A DNA stretch of 64,000 nucleotides from Candidatus Hydrothermarchaeum profundi (lineage in GTDB: Archaea > Hydrothermarchaeota > Hydrothermarchaeia > Hydrothermarchaeales > Hydrothermarchaeaceae): the NCBI GenBank assembly GCA_002011125.2, contig MTMF02000009.1, positions 1,672,989 through 1,736,988 of the forward strand, in the 5' to 3' direction. The first letter of the stretch is position 1; every line of letters starts with the position of its first letter. Below are positions 51,836 through 60,571 of the stretch, piece after piece. The position numbers and the translations under genes were made by a program. Below the pieces are notes generated by a model. It had not been told where the DNA came from and did not search any database. It saw only the letters and a program-made list of their open reading frames with translations.

Positions 51836-53884
51836 ATGAAGAAGCTTATAATCGCAGAAAAACCCAAAGTCTCAATGAAAATCGCGCGGTCTATTTCTGA
51901 GAACTATTCTAGGAGAGGGAGTAAAGGAGCATACTACTATGAAGTGAAGGTTAATGGAGACCACGTAATAGTAGCATCTGCTGTAGGCCACCTCTATACC
52001 CTAGTACAAGAAGGTAGCAGATGGGAATACCCTGTCTTCGATGTACGGTGGGCTCCGCTACATATCGTGGACTCCTCCAAATCATATCTTAAAAAATATG
52101 TTAACCTACTCCAAGAGCTATGCAGGGATGCTGAGGTTTTTTATATAGCTACAGATTATGACCTCGAGGGAGAACTCCTCGGTTATAATGCTCTACGATT
52201 TGCATGCCGACCTGGTGATAAAGTAGTCTTAAGAATGAAGTTTTCTACTCTTACGCAGAGAGATCTAAGGGAAGCGTTCCAAAACCCCATAAAAATTGAT
52301 GAAAAGATGGTGGAAGCCGCTGAAGCACGGCATAAAATGGACTGGTTCTGGGGAATAAACGTATCGAGGGCCCTTAGCCTTGCAGGGAGGGTAGTAAAAA
52401 AGAAATTTAATACATTATCAGCTGGCAGAGTTCAGACCCCCGCACTAGCAATACTAGTTGCTAGGGAGAGAGAGATCAAGGACTTTAAATCCAAGCCTTT
52501 CTGGGAAGTTTTAGCTGACTTAGATGTAAAAGGCGAAAAAATTACAGCGCACTACATTGGTGGGAGAGTTTTTGAAGAAGATAAGGCCAAGAAAATCATT
52601 AAAAACTCTAGGTCAGACGAGGCAGAGCTGAAATCCCTGGAGAAAAAGAAGAGTAAGAAACTACCGCTGGTTCCTTTCGATCTTGGTGGATTGCAATCAG
52701 AGGCCTATCGGGTATTCGGCTATAATCCAAAAAGGACGCAGGATATGGCTCAAAGTCTATATGAGAGTGGCTATATCTCATATCCTAGAACATCATCTCA
52801 GAAACTGCCCTACACTATTGGATTTAAAAGTATACTCTTAAACCTACGCAATAATAGGGAGTTTCAGCCAACTGTTGACATGATTCTATCTAGAGAAAAG
52901 CTGCGTCCTATCCAAGGGAAAAAAGATGACCCCGCTCATCCTGCTATTTACCCCACGGGTGTTTTACCTGAGAAAATAAGTCCTGCCGAAGAAAAACTAT
53001 ACAAGCTGATTGTCTACCGTTTCATCGCTGCCTTTGGAGATCCATTAATACAAGAATGCACTAGGGGAGTATGTGAGATTGGCTTAGAAAAATACGTGTT
53101 TGAGGGCTCTAGGATTATTGATGCAGGTTGGACTAAACTCTACCCCTATGTGAAGATCGGTGAAAAGACCCTACCAGAATTGAAAGTAGGTGACTACTTA
53201 AAAGTTCTAAAAGTATACTCTAAGAAAGGCGAAACTAAGCCTCCTCCTATGTATAATCCTGCATCATTGATTAGGGAGCTTGAAAGCAGGGGACTAGGTA
53301 CAAAAGCTACTAGGGCGGAAATAGTTGATACTCTCTACAAGAGAGGATATATCCGCGGTAGAAATACTATACGGGTGACGGAACTTGGATATTCTGTTAT
53401 TGAAGCGCTTCAAGAATATGTGCCTGCCATTATAAGCGAGGAGCTTACCAGAAAGTTTGAGGAAAAGCTTGAAAACATAAGAGCTGGAAAGGAAAGTCAA
53501 GAGCACGTACTAGAGGAGGCTAAGCGAGAGCTTACAAGGATACTAAACGAGTTTAAAATGAAGGAGAAACTAGTTGGCGAGAAACTAGTTAAGGCAATGG
53601 AAGAAAAAGAAAAAAGGGAAGGCTCGGTTGGAACCTGTCCTAATTGCGGATCTCCTTTAAAAATAATTCGTTCAAGAAAGACAAAGAAAATATTTATCGG
53701 ATGTAGTAACTATCCAAGATGTTCAACTTCTTTCCCTCTACCGCAAAAGACTGGCATCAGAACAACAGACAAGAAATGCAAGTACTGCGGACTTCCAATG
53801 GTAAGTATTCCTATGGGTAAGAGAAGGTTATTAAGTTGCATCGATATGAAATGTGAATCAAAGACGAAGTTTAAAAAGAATTAA
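51836..53884 (+). CDS. topA: DNA topoisomerase I (type IA) with C-terminal Zn ribbons
   Basis: IAEKP, ATDYDLEGE, SAGRVQTP, ISYPRT, GLGTKATR; ATG at 51836. Confidence 0.95.
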   Translation: MKKLIIAEKPKVSMKIARSISENYSRRGSKGAYYYEVKVNGDHVIVASAVGHLYTLVQEGSRWEYPVFDVRWAPLHIVDSSKSYLKKYVNLLQELCRDAEVFYIATDYDLEGELLGYNALRFACRPGDKVVLRMKFSTLTQRDLREAFQNPIKIDEKMVEAAEARHKMDWFWGINVSRALSLAGRVVKKKFNTLSAGRVQTPALAILVAREREIKDFKSKPFWEVLADLDVKGEKITAHYIGGRVFEEDKAKKIIKNSRSDEAELKSLEKKKSKKLPLVPFDLGGLQSEAYRVFGYNPKRTQDMAQSLYESGYISYPRTSSQKLPYTIGFKSILLNLRNNREFQPTVDMILSREKLRPIQGKKDDPAHPAIYPTGVLPEKISPAEEKLYKLIVYRFIAAFGDPLIQECTRGVCEIGLEKYVFEGSRIIDAGWTKLYPYVKIGEKTLPELKVGDYLKVLKVYSKKGETKPPPMYNPASLIRELESRGLGTKATRAEIVDTLYKRGYIRGRNTIRVTELGYSVIEALQEYVPAIISEELTRKFEEKLENIRAGKESQEHVLEEAKRELTRILNEFKMKEKLVGEKLVKAMEEKEKREGSVGTCPNCGSPLKIIRSRKTKKIFIGCSNYPRCSTSFPLPQKTGIRTTDKKCKYCGLPMVSIPMGKRRLLSCIDMKCESKTKFKKN

Positions 53885-54005
53885 TTTATTACCAGGGAGT
53901 ATAGACGTATTATCTGGAGTTTTAAAAAGAAACAATAAGATTAGAGTTTAACAAGAAAAGAGAACGTCAATTAAGTAAAAATTTCCTATTCTCATTCCTT
54001 TCTTT

Positions 54006-54521
54006 TTATACCTTAAAAATTCCTCTAAATTTATTTTGAAAATATAGGAATAGGGGGAGTTCTAAGGCGCAGATCGGGCCTCTAATGATAATCCAGTCTC
54101 CTATTCTCAAGTCTACTAAACCTGGTAGGATTAAATACCTATGACCTATTCTCTTCTTAAGTTCTGCTTCATTTATAACTTCAAGTAGAGATTCCTCGGT
54201 AAACTTACCAGTAGCGACTGCATTATCAACGGAATATCCTTCTGTATTTATCGAAAGAAGATAACAGTTGATGCCAGAAGAAGCTAATATCTCAGCGAGT
54301 AGGGCTTGTGTATACAGATAGTTTCCAGTTACTATCACAGGCGAATTTCTCTTAGGATTATTTATTTCGAAGAGCCCTGTCTTTACCGGTATAGCATTCT
54401 GCACAGTAGGAACTGGTGGGGGATGTTCTTTTATAATATTAAGACAGGTTATATGGCATCCCTTAGATATGGATTGGTACTTGTCGATACCGAATTCCTG
54501 CAGATAAAGGTCTACACTCAT
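54006..54521 (-). CDS. Stand-alone CdhD/HgcA-like corrinoid-binding domain protein
   Basis: PVKTGL..NP..NSPVIVTGNY..T, NTEGYSV..A...GKF, HRYLILPGL, GPICA.ELP. Confidence 0.75.
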   Translation of the reverse strand: MSVDLYLQEFGIDKYQSISKGCHITCLNIIKEHPPPVPTVQNAIPVKTGLFEINNPKRNSPVIVTGNYLYTQALLAEILASSGINCYLLSINTEGYSVDNAVATGKFTEESLLEVINEAELKKRIGHRYLILPGLVDLRIGDWIIIRGPICALELPLFLYFQNKFRGIFKV

Positions 54522-54566
54522 TTTGTTGCCACAAATATTTTTAGGTCTTTAATTCAAGTTATAATA

Positions 54567-55313
54567 ATGACTCAATTAACTTTAATTTTACTTAGCGTCT
54601 TAGCTGTTAGCTTAATATCCCTCGTAGGAGTTTTCACATTATTAGTAAAAGAGAGGTTTATGGAAAGAGTCCTGTTTATACTTATAGCCGGGGCAACAGG
54701 GACCTTACTAGGCGCGGCATTTCTTGACCTAATTCCCGAAGCAATGAACGAAAGCGGCAGTAATGCTATGACTCATGTCCTATTTGGGCTTCTTTCTTTT
54801 TTCATATTGGAGAGATTTATATTCTGGCGCCATTGTCATGAAGAGAAATGCGAGATCCATGCCTTCACATACTTGAACCTTATCGGCGATGCAATACATA
54901 ACTTCTTAGACGGTATGGTAATAGCTGCCGCCTACCTATCAAGCGGGAGCGACATTTCCCTAGGGCTGATAACTACTATAGCGATAATCTCTCATGAGAT
55001 ACCCCAAGAGATAGGTGACTTCGGGATCCTAGTCTATGGAGGCTTAAGTAAATATCGAGCTCTACTTTTTAACTTCCTCTCAGCTCTAACCTCCTTTATA
55101 GGTGCTATATTATTCTACTTCTTCTCCCCTCTCTTTGAGGGGAGTACTTCACTCTTATTGGGATTTGCTGCGGGGGGATTTATTTATATCGCGGCAGTCG
55201 ATTTACTACCGGAACTTAATAAAGAGTTAGAAATCCGGAGATCCGCAATACAGCTAGCCTTCCTCACTGCAGGCATATTTGCAATATGGTTCACTATAAG
55301 AATCTTCGAATAA
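54567..55313 (+). CDS. ZIP family metal (Zn) transporter
   Basis: WRHCHE, GDAIHNFLDG, HEIPQEIGD, FIYIAAVDLLPE; ATG at 54567. Confidence 0.93.
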   Translation: MTQLTLILLSVLAVSLISLVGVFTLLVKERFMERVLFILIAGATGTLLGAAFLDLIPEAMNESGSNAMTHVLFGLLSFFILERFIFWRHCHEEKCEIHAFTYLNLIGDAIHNFLDGMVIAAAYLSSGSDISLGLITTIAIISHEIPQEIGDFGILVYGGLSKYRALLFNFLSALTSFIGAILFYFFSPLFEGSTSLLLGFAAGGFIYIAAVDLLPELNKELEIRRSAIQLAFLTAGIFAIWFTIRIFE

Positions 55314-55451
55314 TTACCATTTCCCTCTACCACAGGAGAGACATACTCCCTTTTCGTGATTGTAGTGCAACTGGCATACCTGCCTACCACACAACTGGCA
55401 TGTGTATACTGCGCCTGCTTTACCGCAGACATTGCATATACCTGTGATCAT
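55314..55451 (-). CDS. Zinc-finger microprotein, 45 aa (MITGICNVCGKAGAVYTCQLCGRQVCQLHYNHEKGVCLSCGRGKW)
   Basis: Translated by hand; CxxC-CxxC-CxxH-CxxC; AAGGTG SD; missed by the ORF track. Confidence 0.8.
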   Translation of the reverse strand: MITGICNVCGKAGAVYTCQLCGRQVCQLHYNHEKGVCLSCGRGKW

Positions 55452-55572
55452 AAAAAACACCTTTTTAAAGTCATAGATATTTAACTTCTAATATCGTTTG
55501 CGCACCTTTTAATCACTTGAATATAATACCCTGCCTAGTCAATATTTTTCCATTCCTCACCATAAGGAGGAG

Positions 55573-55899
55573 CTAAGCTTTATTTTTCCCGAGAAAAGTG
55601 TTTATAATTTTTATAAGATCCAAAAAAAGACACGAAGAAACATTTGCTCTTGCATATTTCGCGATCCACCTAAGTAACACGCTTCCAAAAAACTGGCCCA
55701 AAAAAAAGGACCCTATCAACACGGGAAAAGTTATAAAATGCCACCCTATCCCAGTAAAGATACGGAGAGCAATCACTATTGGTACAGGGATATGAACCGA
55801 CAAAAACCAATCGCGTGAAAATTTTTTCGTATTAGCTCTCCAGTAGCCAAAAGGCACATTCACAATGAAAACGATGCCCGATAAAGCTATCAGGTTCAT
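55573..55899 (-). CDS. Small hypothetical membrane protein
   Basis: NVPFGYWR..KFSRDWFLSVHIPVP..LR..GQFFG; AGGTGG SD. Confidence 0.75.
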   Translation of the reverse strand: MNLIALSGIVFIVNVPFGYWRANTKKFSRDWFLSVHIPVPIVIALRIFTGIGWHFITFPVLIGSFFLGQFFGSVLLRWIAKYARANVSSCLFLDLIKIINTFLGKNKA

Positions 55900-55971
55900 A
55901 TTACCACCTTTAAACTATTTTTGATTATATAAATTTAAAGGGAACCGATATATGTCTTTTTTCTACCTTTC

Positions 55972-57189
55972 TTATGACTTTAAGATACCCCATTGTTCTA
56001 TTGCTGCTTTAAGTTCTGCATGTTCCTCAGCATATTCTAACAGCGAGATCCCCTGCAAGGTGGCATCTAGAGCCTGCCTCATAGCTTTCGCACCGGCAGT
56101 GGCTCCATCCCTGTGCCCAAATATCCCGCCTCCCGCAAGTATCAAGGCATCTTCTCCCAGATGTTTAACATTCTCAGGTACCTTACCCGGATGCTGCCCT
56201 CCTGACGAAACAGGTAAGGCGGGAGTTATATGATAAAAGTCCTCTCGTAGGACTCTCACTGACTCCATCACTACATCTAAGTCTTCATATAGTTTCCCAT
56301 GGATCGCCCCTGCGTGCACTTGATCACCTCCGCATAATCTAGCAAGCTTAGAGACTATTCTAGTATGTATACCATGATACTCACTTCTTGTGAAGGCGGC
56401 AAACATGTCGCGGTGGCAATGTACAGGCACATTTACGCTTGGGTCTTCACATAGCATCCGTAGAGCAGAAAATCCTGCTGTAATAAAGTTAAGCATAAGG
56501 CAGTTAGCTCCATGTTCTAATGCGACATCTGCGTTTTCCATTATTTTATCAACCTCATCAGTTACGTTGGTAGCGAAAAGAGTTTTCTCTCCCTTCTCCT
56601 CATTAGCCCTATCCAAAGCCTCCATAGTTTCCGTGACCCTCTCCTCAATCGGCGAGTACTGCGGGTTAGCAATAAGTTCATCATCCTTAATGAAATCAAC
56701 TCCACCAACAGCTGCCTGATAACATGCCTCTGCAAATTGCTTAGGCTCAAGTCCAACGCAGGGTTTCACTATGCAACCTATAAGCGGCCTTTCTTTCACA
56801 CCTAATACCTTTTTTGTGCCTTTGATCCCGAACTTCGGGCCCTTGAAATTCTTCACATAACTCTCTGGGAACTCTAAGTCAAGGAGTTTTATATTTTTGA
56901 AATCCTTCATCTCAAAAAGATTACCAGCTACAGTGGTGAGTAGCATAGGCACCACAGGACCAAAGTTTCCATGAGGAAATGCTATCTTTACTATTTTATC
57001 CTTAGCTTCTAACACTTTAGCGCTATATTTTTCGATCAGATCATCGGTTTCAAATCCAACTCTTATCCAAGTCCCGGTGCTTTGTTCCCCTGCAAGGGCC
57101 TCTGCAGCTTTTCTCAAATCTAGATCTGTATCTAGATAATATGTTGCTACAACGTGCTTCTCAAAATCTATATCCTTCGCCTCTCTCAT
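55972..57189 (-). CDS. RuBisCO large-subunit family protein (RuBisCO-like, form IV or divergent form III)
   Basis: EQSTGTW, AGNLF, GPKFG, VKPCVGL, DFIKDDE, HCHR, GKL, SSGG, AGGGIFGH. Confidence 0.92.
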   Translation of the reverse strand: MREAKDIDFEKHVVATYYLDTDLDLRKAAEALAGEQSTGTWIRVGFETDDLIEKYSAKVLEAKDKIVKIAFPHGNFGPVVPMLLTTVAGNLFEMKDFKNIKLLDLEFPESYVKNFKGPKFGIKGTKKVLGVKERPLIGCIVKPCVGLEPKQFAEACYQAAVGGVDFIKDDELIANPQYSPIEERVTETMEALDRANEEKGEKTLFATNVTDEVDKIMENADVALEHGANCLMLNFITAGFSALRMLCEDPSVNVPVHCHRDMFAAFTRSEYHGIHTRIVSKLARLCGGDQVHAGAIHGKLYEDLDVVMESVRVLREDFYHITPALPVSSGGQHPGKVPENVKHLGEDALILAGGGIFGHRDGATAGAKAMRQALDATLQGISLLEYAEEHAELKAAIEQWGILKS

Positions 57190-57193
57190 ATCA

Positions 57194-58288
57194 TTACCTC
57201 ATTTGCATTTCTACTATGCTTGAAATATCGAGTACTTTTAATCCTTTTCCTTGTTTTTTTAAATGAAGATAACAGAAGGGGCATGCACTGGATAATATAT
57301 CCGCCTCCGTACTCTTAGCGTCTTTGATCCTATTATCGCAAATGCTTAGAGCAAGGTCTTTAAATCCGGCCGCCATCCCACCTCCAGCTCCGCAGCATCG
57401 AGCATTTTTTCTGGTTCTCTCCATCTCCACGAGGTCAACCCCAGGTATAGATGCTAATATCCTCCTTGGTTCTTCGTAGACATTCATATGTCTGCCTAAG
57501 TGACATGGATCATGGTAGGTTATCCTAGCATCTAGATTATTAAACTTGATTGTGCCTTCTTCGATAAGCTCCGAAAGAAAATGAACTAGGTGAACGACCT
57601 TCACTCCCTCTTTTTCTATCTGATACTCGGAGATGAAGGTTTTGTAGCATCCAGCACACGATAGAAGCAGAGTTTCTACGCCTTGAAGAGCCTCAATATT
57701 CTTTTCTACTAGCTTTTCTCTCTCCTCTTTCCTACCTATCCTAAACAATACTGAGCCACAACAAAAATCTTGTAGAATCCTATAATCTTGCCCTATTTTA
57801 TCCAAAATATTCTTGGTGCTTCTAGCTATCTCAGGCGTACGAAAGTTTGTTGTACATCCAGGAAAATACGCAAAAGAGGAATCTCCTATACTTTTGAGCA
57901 TTTCTTCCCCATAGGGATTACCTTTTTCAAGAAAGTTGTCTGTAATCCTATCGAAAGCAGGACTGGAGAAATTCTTATAGAGATATACCCTTGCATCTTG
58001 TATTATCCTATCAACTTCTACTCCTGCTGGACATTCCTCATAACAATTCTTGCAGATAGTACATTGAAATATCCTTTTTACAGCTCCCTCCGTCGGCTCT
58101 AGTTTTCCTTCTATCATCCCTTCTAGAATCGCTAGTTTTCCTCGTGTTACAAGGGACTCTATCTTAGTTACTTCAAAGACAGGGCAAACTGCACGGCAGA
58201 AACCGCACCGCATGCACCGTTTTATATACTCTCCCAAGTTTTTCAGATTATTTTCCCGAAAGGTATCTCTTAGCCTCATTGATTTCAT
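57194..58288 (-). CDS. Fe-S oxidoreductase, GlcF/HdrD-like (2x4Fe-4S plus two CCG domains)
   Basis: CMRCGFCRAVCP, CTICKNCYEECP, CCGS, YHDPCHLGR, CCGAGGG; true start is probably downstream of 58288. Confidence 0.9.
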   Translation of the reverse strand: MKSMRLRDTFRENNLKNLGEYIKRCMRCGFCRAVCPVFEVTKIESLVTRGKLAILEGMIEGKLEPTEGAVKRIFQCTICKNCYEECPAGVEVDRIIQDARVYLYKNFSSPAFDRITDNFLEKGNPYGEEMLKSIGDSSFAYFPGCTTNFRTPEIARSTKNILDKIGQDYRILQDFCCGSVLFRIGRKEEREKLVEKNIEALQGVETLLLSCAGCYKTFISEYQIEKEGVKVVHLVHFLSELIEEGTIKFNNLDARITYHDPCHLGRHMNVYEEPRRILASIPGVDLVEMERTRKNARCCGAGGGMAAGFKDLALSICDNRIKDAKSTEADILSSACPFCYLHLKKQGKGLKVLDISSIVEMQMR

Positions 58289-60560
58289 CCTTTTTTCCTA
58301 TTATGAGGAGAGTATCTCCCTCTTTAATAACGTTTTGAGGCTTCGGATTCTTTATAATCTCTTCGCCTCTCTCAATGGCTATTATCGTAACTCCAGTAAG
58401 GGTTCTTATGCGGCTTTCTCCAAGGGTTTTACCAACGATGGGAGACTCACTTGTAACTCTTAGCCTAGCCAAGCTAATATCTCTCTCATCCTTCGGGGCT
58501 TTTGCAATTGATAGATATTTTCTAGCACTCTTTCTTTCCTCTTCTGTGCCTATTATAAGTAGGGTATCCCCCTCTAATAGTATTTCTGAGGGCTTTGGAT
58601 TTCTTATTTTCCTCGAACCTCTTTCAATTTCTACAATCGTTGCCCCTGTCACAGCAGCTAACTTTGACTCTGCAATGGTTTTACCTGCAACTACAGAACC
58701 TACCGGTATCTCAACTTCTTCAAAGTCGAAATCTCTCTCTACCTCTAAATTTTCGATTATCGAATCTATGTCTTCTGAAGCCTCTTCTCCGACTTGCAAT
58801 GTTTCTCTTATTGCTTCATGTAGCTTAGCGTGAAATCCACCCATAATCCTCCAGAAAAAAATGCCTGAAAGAACTATAAAGAAAAGCACGCTCAGCTCTA
58901 GTATAATCCCAACCCCAACTGCTTCTGAAATTAATATGGGTAGAATAGTGAAGGTGAAAGTAATGAAAAGTGCGACATAAACAGCGCTTCTAATGGTATC
59001 TTTTATCGCCTTATATTCAAGGAATTTAACCTTAGATACCGCTATAGATATAGAGAGATCAATAAGTGCTTGTATATCCCTAATTATAAAGTAAAGTGAC
59101 GGAGAAACTAAAAATAAACCTGTGAGTATAATAATAAAATTTGGATTAAACCATGGTGGCGGTGTAACTCCTATAGCGTTAAACATAGCTGACGCCAATG
59201 CATCTAATGTTTTTAAAGCATAAAATTTAAGCAACACTACTGCTTGATAAACGATGAGAATGATAACTAGATTCACTCCTATGTCCCTGAAGTGTTTTTT
59301 CACCTCATTTTTTGCATCTTCATCTAGCTTCAACTGCCCACCTATTATGCCCGCAAAGGTACTTGAGTATTTGAAGAAGCTTTTTACACGTATTGGGGTT
59401 ATCCTTCCCAAAGTATCTGTCAATCGGGGAGCAAAGGGGAGGGATATAGAACCTGCCAGAGTTGTGATTAATACGAGGGCAATAGTAACTACATAAAAAT
59501 CAGGCCCAAGAGTTCCATTATCAACTCCGACTTTCGCGATTATAAGCGAGAACTCACCACGCGGAATCATGCCTAATCCGGCAGTCAAAGCGGTTATGCC
59601 CTTATATCCAACGTAGTATGATCCTAAGCTAATACACGCAATTTTTCCAAGAACTGCGATAAAGGATATTAATAAGATCGCAGGTAAATAGTTTTTCAAG
59701 ATAAATACGTCCACTAGCATTCCCACGCTTACAAAGAAAATACTAGCGAATATGTCTCTTACTGGGCCTGTTATAATTTCAACTTCATTTGAATGCTTTG
59801 AACCTGATATAACAACTCCCATCATAAAAGCTCCTAATGCCACGGAAAAGCCCAGAATATCTGAAAATGACGCTAACGCAAAGCATAGCCCCAACGTTGT
59901 AAGTAGGAGTAGCTCCCTTCCTCCAGTCTCTTTCACCTTATCAATAAATGAGGGTACAAATTTCAAGCCTAGCAGTAGAGTAACCAAGAAAAAAACCACC
60001 ACCCGGGATAAAACCAATAATGCATCACGTATCAGGGTCTCTCCAACCATGGTTATACTACTAAGAATAGTAATCATTACAATAGCCCCAATATCCTCTA
60101 CTAACAGGATGCCCAAAATAAGCAAACTATAAGTTCTCCTGAGGACCTTCATATCCATTAAAATCTTTAATATAGCTGCGGTACTGCTGAATGCGATGAT
60201 AGCTCCTAAAAAAATGGACTCAGTATATGACCAGCCGAGTATCCTTCCAAGGGCATTACCAATTGCCAGTAAAAGAAGGATCTCAAAAGCCCCTATTAGT
60301 ATAGCATGAACCCCTATCCTCCTTAATTTTTCAATATTAAGCTTTAAACCAATACTATACATTAATAATATAATCCCTAACTCAGCAAGTACATTTATGG
60401 TCTCAGAACTCGAGACTAGTCTAAACATATAAGGCCCAATTAGCACCCCTGTAAGTATATATCCGAAAACTACTGGTTGACGAATACGGTTGAATACAAA
60501 AGCTGACAGGAAAGCAAATACCAATATTATCGCAAAATCGTATACAAAACTAGCAAACAT
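58248..60560 (-). CDS. CPA2 cation:proton antiporter with two C-terminal TrkA-C (RCK_C) domains
   Basis: SSTAA, LVED, FFVSVG, PRGEFS; duplicated GKT..ES....TG.TI..IERG....NP domains. Confidence 0.9.
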   Translation of the reverse strand: MFASFVYDFAIILVFAFLSAFVFNRIRQPVVFGYILTGVLIGPYMFRLVSSSETINVLAELGIILLMYSIGLKLNIEKLRRIGVHAILIGAFEILLLLAIGNALGRILGWSYTESIFLGAIIAFSSTAAILKILMDMKVLRRTYSLLILGILLVEDIGAIVMITILSSITMVGETLIRDALLVLSRVVVFFLVTLLLGLKFVPSFIDKVKETGGRELLLLTTLGLCFALASFSDILGFSVALGAFMMGVVISGSKHSNEVEIITGPVRDIFASIFFVSVGMLVDVFILKNYLPAILLISFIAVLGKIACISLGSYYVGYKGITALTAGLGMIPRGEFSLIIAKVGVDNGTLGPDFYVVTIALVLITTLAGSISLPFAPRLTDTLGRITPIRVKSFFKYSSTFAGIIGGQLKLDEDAKNEVKKHFRDIGVNLVIILIVYQAVVLLKFYALKTLDALASAMFNAIGVTPPPWFNPNFIIILTGLFLVSPSLYFIIRDIQALIDLSISIAVSKVKFLEYKAIKDTIRSAVYVALFITFTFTILPILISEAVGVGIILELSVLFFIVLSGIFFWRIMGGFHAKLHEAIRETLQVGEEASEDIDSIIENLEVERDFDFEEVEIPVGSVVAGKTIAESKLAAVTGATIVEIERGSRKIRNPKPSEILLEGDTLLIIGTEEERKSARKYLSIAKAPKDERDISLARLRVTSESPIVGKTLGESRIRTLTGVTIIAIERGEEIIKNPKPQNVIKEGDTLLIIGKKDEINEAKRYLSGK
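58257..58716 (-). repeat. Tandem duplicated TrkA-C domains within the antiporter gene
   Basis: GKTIAESKLAAVTGATIVEIERG..NPKPSEILLEGDTLLIIG versus GKTLGESRIRTLTGVTIIAIERG..NPKPQNVIKEGDTLLIIG; boundaries approximate. Confidence 0.8.
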
Positions 60561-60571
60561 TCCCCTGTCCC

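Noticed and set aside
54006-54521. Mercury methylation gene hgcA
   Set aside because: The cap-helix Cys, TM domain and hgcB are all absent
54306-54566. N-terminal extension of the ZIP ORF
   Set aside because: It overlaps the opposite-strand corrinoid gene; the family pattern begins at ATG 54567
55184-55432. 82-aa minus-strand ORF from the track
   Set aside because: Wrong frame; the coherent gene is the Cys-rich 45-aa ORF at 55314-55451
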